Source: a virus
Lineage: Duplodnaviria > Caudoviricetes
Length of the DNA stretch: 25,364 bases
Reading direction: 5' to 3' (one strand)
Virus record (IMG/VR): IMGVR_UViG_3300035148_000219
Location: 1 to 25,364 of that record
Below, piece by piece: positions 16,035 to 24,300 of the stretch (position 1 is its first letter; each line of letters begins with the position of its first letter). The translations under genes were made by a program, and so were the position numbers. A model generated the notes under the pieces. That model saw only the letters and a program-made list of their open reading frames with translations. It ran no database searches and was not told the origin of the DNA.

Positions 16035-17669
16035 ATGGCCTTGTTCAAGCCTAAACCTGCAAATTACGGTTTGCCACGTGCTTTAACAGCGGCTGCTGCT
16101 ACGGTACGTTTGAACGACCGTGCAACGCTAGAGGCTCTACAGAGTCGACAAGCCTCATCTTCGTGGCAGGATGAAGCTTGGGAGTTCTTTGACGCTATTG
16201 GCGAACTGAAATATGCATTCGGCCTTGTTGCAGCAGTTGTTTCGCGGGTACGGATGTATCCTGCAGTCATCGTAGACCAGGACAGTCCGCCGGTTGCCGT
16301 GGCAGACGCTGTAGCCGTAGAACGAACGACGGAGTCCGGCGTTCTGGGTTTGAGTACAGATCGCGGAATTGACCCTCGGCTGGCGCGGGACGCCAATGTA
16401 GCGATGGAATCCTTCGCGGCGCGAACGTCAATCCCCCGGCTCCTCAGCACCGCAGCGCTCAACCTGCAAATTGTCGGCGAATGCTACCTTGCCAACATCC
16501 CTGAAGAGGGCTCTGGGTGGCGTGTGTACAGTACCAATGAACTTCGCGTGACGCCGAGTGGTAGCGTCACGTTACGTACAAGTGCAGCAACGACCAATCC
16601 GAACGGTATCGGCACCCAGATCAACCCCACGACAGCGTTGATCGGACGAATCTGGCGTCCACACCCGCGATACAGCAGTGACGCAGATTCGTCGATGAAA
16701 GCGCTACGTGCAGACTGTGATGAGCTTTTGCTCCTGGACCGCATGGTGCGCACGACGGTTCGTTCTCGAATGAACGCAGGTATTCTTTTCGTCCCTGACG
16801 CGCTTAGCGTAGCGGCACGTACGCCTGTCGACCCCATGCATCCGGACGACAGCGAAGGCGAAGACGTCTTCGAGAGTGAGCTGATGGCTGCAATGGTGCA
16901 GCCGATCTCAGACGAGCAGGACGCATCTGCTGTCGTTCCGCTTCTTGTCCGAGGACCTGCTGATCTCGGAGATCGTATCAAGCACACGGCTCTCGGCCGT
17001 GATGTGTCCATGGCACTTATGGAGCGTGCGCAGAAAGTACTCGAGCGTATTCTTCAGGGCATGGACGTCCCGAAAGAAGTTGTCCAGGGTCTTCAGGACG
17101 TCAAGTACGCGAACGCGTTAGTCATCAACGAGGGCATGTACAAAGCCACCATTGAGCCTATGGCAGTTCTGCTGGCCGATGCGTTGACTGAAATCGTTCT
17201 TCGACCCATCCTTCGAGCGCAGGGTTGGTCAGACGCAGAGGTCGGCCGGCTCACCGTGTGGTACGACCCGTCCGAGGTCGTCAGCAAACCGGACCCCGCG
17301 CAATCTGCGTCGGAAGGGTACGACAGGTATCTTCTGTCTGGTGACTCGTGGCGACAGGCACACGGCTTTAGTGACGCAGACGCACCTCGGAGTGCTGAGA
17401 TTGCACGGCGTGTGGCTCTTGAGAAGACGCAGGTTACTCCGGAAATTGCACAGGTTCTCATGGAGAAACTGCTTCCGGAACTGTTCAAAGCTGAGCGAGA
17501 CGCCAACATTGCTCAAGATGGCGGGATGCCCGATGACCTGACGACAGCCTTGTCAGGTCCAGACGCTGCTGCACAAGCACCTGTTGACGTGTCTGGAGGC
17601 CCGGCAGGTCTGTTCCAGCCGGCGGGTGGCGCAACGTCGCCTGCTGTGAAGGAGGTGCCGCTGCTGTGA
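16035..17669 (+). CDS. Portal protein, 544 aa
   Basis: Position after terL; RALTAAA...WQDEAWEFFDAIGELKY...IVGECYL...RIWRPHPR...SRMNAGILFVP...SAVVPL resembles cluster-B-like actinophage portals as I recall them; SD GGGAG. Confidence 0.88.
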   Translation: MALFKPKPANYGLPRALTAAAATVRLNDRATLEALQSRQASSSWQDEAWEFFDAIGELKYAFGLVAAVVSRVRMYPAVIVDQDSPPVAVADAVAVERTTESGVLGLSTDRGIDPRLARDANVAMESFAARTSIPRLLSTAALNLQIVGECYLANIPEEGSGWRVYSTNELRVTPSGSVTLRTSAATTNPNGIGTQINPTTALIGRIWRPHPRYSSDADSSMKALRADCDELLLLDRMVRTTVRSRMNAGILFVPDALSVAARTPVDPMHPDDSEGEDVFESELMAAMVQPISDEQDASAVVPLLVRGPADLGDRIKHTALGRDVSMALMERAQKVLERILQGMDVPKEVVQGLQDVKYANALVINEGMYKATIEPMAVLLADALTEIVLRPILRAQGWSDAEVGRLTVWYDPSEVVSKPDPAQSASEGYDRYLLSGDSWRQAHGFSDADAPRSAEIARRVALEKTQVTPEIAQVLMEKLLPELFKAERDANIAQDGGMPDDLTTALSGPDAAAQAPVDVSGGPAGLFQPAGGATSPAVKEVPLL

Positions 17670-20278
17670 CGTGGACACGTACGGCCATTGTTGCCGCTGC
17701 GCAGGTAGGCTGGGCGACACCTGACGCTGTGCTACCTATTGCAGATGTCAACGATTTGCACAAAGCAATTTTAGCGTGCAGTCGTGCACCTGAGCATACC
17801 GTATTTGGATTTCTTACCCATTGTGTACGTCGGGCAGAAGCTTTGGACGTACCTGTGGACAGCCTTGTCGCTATGTGCGCGGACCCCAAAGGGCGAGAAG
17901 GTAAACTGTTAAATAAAATTAAACATGATAAGTATCATCCAAAAGGTAAACACGGAGAATTTCTCTACATTGGCTCGCCAGTACGTGCGTCTATTGAGGG
18001 ATCTCTGCGCGAAGGTCGTCTTGCTGAGTTCCAGGATACTACTGCACGCATCATTGTTTTTCAGGAAGACGTACCTGCTCAATCTTTTTGGGCTCCTTCA
18101 GTAGAGATTGAACGCACAGACTACGAGGCACCTGTCGTCAGTGCTGTTGAAGCGCGCACCGAGAATGAACTGGATCGCACATGGGGCGTACCTGCAAATA
18201 TCTCTGAAGATGCCTTGGCGTATGCCCGCGACGTTATTGCCACGTATCTACAAAAGCTACCTGATACACCACATATCTGGGACGACGCTTCTAATTTAGC
18301 TGACCCTCGTGATGGCGGACCCATCTTAGAATTAGTCAAAGCGACTAATACCTTTAAGAAGATCGGTGAAGTAGTCAATCTTTTAGTAGATACTATTTTA
18401 GCACAAGAAGGGTATTCTTCCGATTTAGTCGTACAACAAGCTTTACGTGATCGAATTACCGAAGACTATCTTCGACACTTTACTGTTGTAACCGAAACGT
18501 TAAAAACGTACAACGCACAAGATTTTGATTTAAGGACTGCCACAGAAACTACAGCTACTGGGTTTGACCCTTTGATCGCAGCGTGGAAACTAGCAGATGC
18601 AGGGTCGCCGGATGTGCCGTTCCTTGAAAGATTTTCATCAAGTTTAGATACTTTTTACGTACACGTTCCGACAAACAAACAGGAGGCATTAGCAACGGCT
18701 GAAAAAGAACTAGACGAGCGCGCACATACGTGGGGTGTAAGTTCTGCGCAACGTGTGTACGCCCTTCGTAAATCGCAGGTTCTCCGTCAAGTTCTACGTC
18801 GACTGGGTGTCGAGTTTGGAGCACCTACTGATGTCGACGCGCCGTACGTACGTTTACGTCCGTACGGAGAAAGCCCGTGGATTGCCAAACGGTATAAAGA
18901 AGTACCGATGCCTGAGAGTCCTGAAGTTGGTGATATTGTTTTTACGTGGGTACGTGGACAGGTTAAAGGACAAACAGACGCTAACGCCCAGTTAACAGAA
19001 GTTGAAGTGACTAAAGTTGAACGTGCTCAGCGAGGTATTGAAATTTCTTGGAAATTAAAAAATACGACACCTGATGGAACTGTAACACGTGACGGAGTTA
19101 GACCTTCCGAAGTTTTCTTAACAGCACCTGCGCCGCCGAACATCCATCAACGCGTTGACGTAGCTCTGGAAATTCTCCCAACAGAACATATTCGTACTGT
19201 ATGGAAACACGTTCCTTATGTGCAAATGACGTTCGGCCGTGCACGTGGATCTCGTAGTGAAGTAACTTTTAACTTACCAAGTACACCTAATACGTCGTCT
19301 ATCGTACATCTCGAGCACCACGCACTTGAATTTGCGCAACCTTGGGTTATGGCTGTTGAATGGGCGCTTTTAGTCAGTTTGATTTATGAAGGTTCTGTAG
19401 GTGGGCGTTATTTACGCCAAGGTACTGCAAATCTACCAAATAAATATAAAATGGATCGTCTTTCATACCTACACAGATATCCAGGTTACTGGGGCAATGA
19501 ATGGGCGGTTGTTGCTGATTTTCCTGAAGCTTATGTAGGAAAAACGTACTATGGCGACTGGTCAGACACATACGCTGGAGGTATTTGCGCGTGTGGAAAC
19601 TATGAACTTTTAGCAATGTTCGGTGAAACACTACTTGCTGCAAGACCGCCAAGCACATCATTGTTCATTGGCGTAGAAGAACGTGCTCATTATGCGTCAC
19701 GAGAAGCCGTGTGGGTAACTTTGTTAGATTGGTACATAGGTGTTGTTTTATACATGGTCAATAGTGTAGGTACAACGCGAGTTGTAAAAAATGAACCAAG
19801 TAATTTTGTACAAAAGCAGTTGGTGGACGACGCAGAGTACGGCACACCGCACGAACACTCAGTCAAGTTACCTCGCACGCTGTCGGAACTTCGAGCAGTA
19901 GCAGATGAAGGACGGCTACGTACAGAAATTTTTCAAAAAGAAGATTCGTGGACGTTACGTTTTTCTGCATCTGTATTTTCTGATATTCCTGCTATTACTG
20001 CTACGTTTACAACTAACGGAGCTAAAGACGCAACATTTGTAACAGGTTTTTTGGACACTACAAATGGCGAACAAGTTTTACTTTCTTTAGACGATGTTGA
20101 AAAAAATGTAGTGCGCGCAGGTAAACGCCAGTTATATCACTGGGTAGCTCTTCGTAATAGCGCAGTCATCAACAAGTACGGTGTTGGTGCTGAAGTACAA
20201 CCTCTCGCTTCGTACCCTGTACCAGCGTCTACTTTGTTCCAACTCGACATCGAGGATCTGCCGGAGGTACCTGCGTGA
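17666..20278 (+). CDS. Large putative head-associated multidomain protein with degenerate zincin-like motif, 870 aa
   Basis: GTGA-coupled to portal with SD AAGGAGG; N-terminal DUF6582-like segment (GWATPDAVLPIADVNDLHKAI...HCVRRAEAL), HPKGKHGEF motif, HLEHHALE...YVGKTY...YELLAMFGE. Confidence 0.7.
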   Translation: MTWTRTAIVAAAQVGWATPDAVLPIADVNDLHKAILACSRAPEHTVFGFLTHCVRRAEALDVPVDSLVAMCADPKGREGKLLNKIKHDKYHPKGKHGEFLYIGSPVRASIEGSLREGRLAEFQDTTARIIVFQEDVPAQSFWAPSVEIERTDYEAPVVSAVEARTENELDRTWGVPANISEDALAYARDVIATYLQKLPDTPHIWDDASNLADPRDGGPILELVKATNTFKKIGEVVNLLVDTILAQEGYSSDLVVQQALRDRITEDYLRHFTVVTETLKTYNAQDFDLRTATETTATGFDPLIAAWKLADAGSPDVPFLERFSSSLDTFYVHVPTNKQEALATAEKELDERAHTWGVSSAQRVYALRKSQVLRQVLRRLGVEFGAPTDVDAPYVRLRPYGESPWIAKRYKEVPMPESPEVGDIVFTWVRGQVKGQTDANAQLTEVEVTKVERAQRGIEISWKLKNTTPDGTVTRDGVRPSEVFLTAPAPPNIHQRVDVALEILPTEHIRTVWKHVPYVQMTFGRARGSRSEVTFNLPSTPNTSSIVHLEHHALEFAQPWVMAVEWALLVSLIYEGSVGGRYLRQGTANLPNKYKMDRLSYLHRYPGYWGNEWAVVADFPEAYVGKTYYGDWSDTYAGGICACGNYELLAMFGETLLAARPPSTSLFIGVEERAHYASREAVWVTLLDWYIGVVLYMVNSVGTTRVVKNEPSNFVQKQLVDDAEYGTPHEHSVKLPRTLSELRAVADEGRLRTEIFQKEDSWTLRFSASVFSDIPAITATFTTNGAKDATFVTGFLDTTNGEQVLLSLDDVEKNVVRAGKRQLYHWVALRNSAVINKYGVGAEVQPLASYPVPASTLFQLDIEDLPEVPA

Positions 20279-20604
20279 ACGTAGATGAAGCGCGTATTGT
20301 TTACGTGTTGCGCGGGACGTGGCGCGACAAGGAGTGTGTCGTTGCGATTCGATCCGATATGCGCGTACACGCTACTAGTCCAGAAGTAGCCGCTATTTTA
20401 CGAACAGCTGTGGCGTTCGAGACCTACTTCGATGTCGATCCTCTGCCGGCGCGACAAATGGCGTTTGACCCAGAAAACCCTCTTCATTTGGCTATTTTCT
20501 TGGACGGTCTTGTTTACTGGGAAACACTGAACGTCGAGCCTGTCGACACATTCCCAGCTCCTCCAGAACCTGCGCAGTTCGACAAAGTCGGACTTGTGTA
20601 CTGA
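20275..20604 (+). CDS. Small hypothetical protein coupled to the 870-aa gene (possible partner/immunity protein)
   Basis: SD GGAGG, GTGA overlap; acidic, Pro-rich tail ending GLVY. Confidence 0.7.
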   Translation: MNVDEARIVYVLRGTWRDKECVVAIRSDMRVHATSPEVAAILRTAVAFETYFDVDPLPARQMAFDPENPLHLAIFLDGLVYWETLNVEPVDTFPAPPEPAQFDKVGLVY

Positions 20605-20625
20605 TCGGTGGTTGGAAGGACGTAC

Positions 20626-21279
20626 ATGCGAACACCCTCCGACATGTTGGCGTGGATGGCACATGAGGCTGCGCATCCAACCGCTGATTGGTCCGGGTAC
20701 TGTGAGCGTTTAGCTCGCACTGCGTACGGTTTAGGTGCTGTCTACGCAACGGCGACTGAGCATTTTCTCGATGTGCCGGCTCAGTACAGGCACGGCCATT
20801 CCACGCCGCCTCCTGCGGGTGCACATTTAATCTTTCGTAACAATGGCGCAGGTCACATTGTTACAGCAACTGGACACAATTGGGAGGTGTACACTAACGA
20901 CTCTCCTTCCCGGAGGGGGCGTGTCCATCTTGTAGCAGATGGGCGGACCTTGGCTTCTTGGTGTCATGCGACGGACTGGTACGCAGCAGATCCTTATTTC
21001 CAAGGTCAGAAGCATATTTTGCGCTGGGGTGGAAGTTCTGCAAACGTTTCGGCGAACTTCCCTGGGACGATTCGTCCAGGCGCTCGTGGTAACGCTGTCC
21101 GGACGTGGCAGAACGAAATGATTCGGCACCACTTCATCGCTGACAACTCGGCCAACCGTGATGGGTACTACGGCCCTGGGATGGAGCGAGCTGTGCGCAG
21201 TATGCAGGGGCAGCTACATGTCCCTGTCGACGGAATCTGCGGAAATGTGACGTGGCAAGCTCTTGTAGCCCGTCATTGA
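20626..21279 (+). CDS. Endolysin / peptidoglycan hydrolase: CHAP-NlpC/P60-like domain plus C-terminal PG-binding domain
   Basis: WSGYCERLAR (Cys), PPAGAHLIF, AGHIV (His); C-terminal IRPGARGNAVRTWQ...DGYYGPGMERAVRSMQ...VDGICGNVTWQAL; SD AAGGA before ATG 20626. Confidence 0.88.
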   Translation: MRTPSDMLAWMAHEAAHPTADWSGYCERLARTAYGLGAVYATATEHFLDVPAQYRHGHSTPPPAGAHLIFRNNGAGHIVTATGHNWEVYTNDSPSRRGRVHLVADGRTLASWCHATDWYAADPYFQGQKHILRWGGSSANVSANFPGTIRPGARGNAVRTWQNEMIRHHFIADNSANRDGYYGPGMERAVRSMQGQLHVPVDGICGNVTWQALVARH

Positions 21280-21318
21280 GATTCAAGGTATGTGTCGAGA
21301 TACCTGAGGAGGTGTTAC

Positions 21319-24300
21319 GTGAATTTAGAGTTCATTTTTGAAGAGCAACCTGAAGCAATTGTTGCTCGAGGACTAGGCCGGCTAGCCAGGAAAGTGGAAA
21401 AAGCTGTTCCTGGAGGTGGTGGTGGGTTCTTCTGGGATGAGTCACTCCACCCCCGAGATCGGCGAGGCCGATTTATTAAGAAAAACGCCTCTGTAGACAT
21501 CTTTCCGATGGCGCGGGGCTCGAAGCGCAGCGGGTCCGGTATTGTACAAGGACTTTTCCGAGGGCCTAACGGACGTCCGCGCATTACGCTTGAACTTACC
21601 GAAGACTTAAGCATTGGTGGACGTTCTTATAAAAAAGGCGAATACGTCAACGTTGACCCGCGACAGATCGAGCCGAGTCGGGATGCCAAAGTTGACCTTG
21701 ACGACCTTGATGTTGTTGAGCCCACAGAAGATGACTTCCCTGACGTACACAGCGCACACGACATGTGGCGCCGACGTAACAGAATCGCGTTTGTAGAAGA
21801 AAAACAAGCGACATCTTCAAGTGCTAGTGCACTTTTGACAAGCGATATAGATAAATACGAACAAGCGGTTGATAAATATACTAGTACAGACGAAGCCAGT
21901 TATTCAGAAAAAAGAAGTCTACTCACTCTGCAAAAACAAAGCATTGCAGGCATGAAAAGTCACGGTGCATCCCCGGAATTAGTACGTCTTGCTGAAGAAC
22001 AGCATAAAACTGAATCAGCAAAACTTGAGCTAGATTTGTTTAACAAACGTCTGGACATTCGTGCAAGACTGAAACCAGGAAAAGAAGAAGAGTACAAACA
22101 AGCACTTGAAGCTTTTGAAAGTGCAAAACGTAAACATTTTGAAGAAAACGGGCACGATGTAAATAACATGACAGACGCTGAAATTGAAGACGTTGTAAAA
22201 AAATCTCCTCAACTTGAAAAACTTAGAAAACGGGTAGAGTCTACAAAAAGTAGCTTTGAAGCTTTAGACCCTACCCTTGACGAAGCAGTTAAACAAAATA
22301 AATTAGAAGAAGCCTACGCAAGGTCAAACCCTGAAATTTTCCATGAAGTTCGTCTACGTAATCAGGATTACGTATCGAATTTAGAAGACGACCATACTCC
22401 GAGCGTACCTAAAGACGAAACTCCAAGCGCACAGGGCGCTAAAACTGAAGGAAAAGCGGATGTACAAGGTACACCTGACGTATCTGAAGTTGACGTCCAA
22501 CAACAAGCGCGTGACAAAAAGCGTCAGCAATTAGCTAAAGACCTAGCTGACAATGAAATTCAACAAAAACAAGTACAGGCTGAAATGGACGCAATTGAAG
22601 CTGAGCATCAAAAAAACGATAAAGTTCTAGCGGACGCTATCGACGTAGAAAAAGACAAACCAGAAAACCAGGCACGTGCTGTGCAAACAGCAATTGACAA
22701 GTTTACAGCTTCTTTAGAAAAATTAAACGACCCAACTACACGAGAAAGTACGGCTGTAAAACTTACAAGGGTGGATACCGCACTTAACGCTTTGAAAAAA
22801 ACGAAAGGTTCAGACGCTCTTAAAGATCTAGCAACTAAACGTGCGGAAACTGTAAAAACAAAAAAAGAATTAGATATGTCTATGGAACGTACCAAACTTA
22901 AACTTAGCCATTACCAAAGGGCTAAAAAAGAGGAAGCGAACGCCTACACTCAACTTGAAGGTCGCTGGGGAGACGCACAGGAAGAATTGGCGTTCGATAT
23001 AAACGACCCAAATTCACCAACCCGAGCATGGGATCTTTCTGCTGTACACGAAGACATGCTGAACGGTCTAGAAAACATTGTTGAAGATTTTGACCGTGCC
23101 GGCGCACCTGCTGCTGAAATGCGAAAAGTTAAAAACGCAGTTGAAAAATATCGTGAATCCCTTAAAAACGAAGACCCAAACAGCAGTACCTGGGATCTTA
23201 TAAATGCTGCACACGCACGTCTCACAAACGCTAAAACAATGGTTAAAGCATCAGAAGCTTTAGGTGGCGGAGTAACTCCTGAGGTACACCACGCACTAGC
23301 AGTTGCTGAGCTAGATTTAGCCCATTGGCGTGCTGTAAATGATGAAAGACTTTTAAAAACTAGCCTTATTACATCTGAAGACGTTAAGCACCAAAACGAA
23401 TTAAGTGCCAATTATCGTAGCGTGGCAAAAGCTAATATGCCAGGCGCAAAATCTGTAGACTCGCCTGGAACCACCACAGGAACTCCCGCGCCAGGACAGC
23501 CTGGTGGGACTCCCGGAGCGCCGAATGTTGAAGCTCCAAACGCTGAAGCGCAAAAGCTTGATGAAGAAATTAAAAACCTTACTGACGAATTGATGAACTA
23601 TGAAGGCGGCGTCGACGCTGAAAAATTTGAACTGCCAAAACGTAGTCCAAAAATGCCTGGTGTTTCCCGCCAAACTGCAAAAGTAAAGAAAGATATGGAC
23701 ATGTTTAACGCAATATTAGATGACATTATTACAGATCCTGATAATATAAGTGAAGATACTCGGGATATCATTAACGAAATTATTAAAGCACATCCCACAG
23801 CTGCTCAAGAGTTGCGGTCGCTAGTTAGACGTAACGAGTTTGCAGGACAGCTTCTTAAAAAGCATTTTATGAAAAATAGAAAGTATTCAAAAGCTATCTT
23901 ACCTGTTTTGAGAGAAGCAGAAGCAGGAAATAACGGACGTCCGTTAGAAGACGCACTACCAACGCCAGACGTCACCAGTGGAGATTTTGCTGTATTAAAA
24001 GAAGCAGATCCAGAACTTTGGAAAGTCGTAGCCGACGAGGTTGTAAAATCTCATGAAACCTCACAAGCAAGTTGGCGTCAGTTACGTGAGAAGTACCACG
24101 CATTACGTAGCATGGAAAAACGGAGAGACGCTCTCAGAGAAACGCAACCATCTAGCGGCTCGCGTGGACGCCCTCAACCTACAGGTACACCACCTTCTGG
24201 CGTTGGCAATGTTAAATTCCTAGCAGCTGATAAAAAGATTATTGACGAACTGTTCCCAATTGGAATAGAAGGTAAAAACCTTAAACGAGATCCTGATAAA

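Noticed and set aside
22860-22867. A-AAA-AAA-G as a programmed -1 frameshift site
   Set aside because: A runs are frequent in this Lys(AAA)-rich gene and I see no stimulatory structure.
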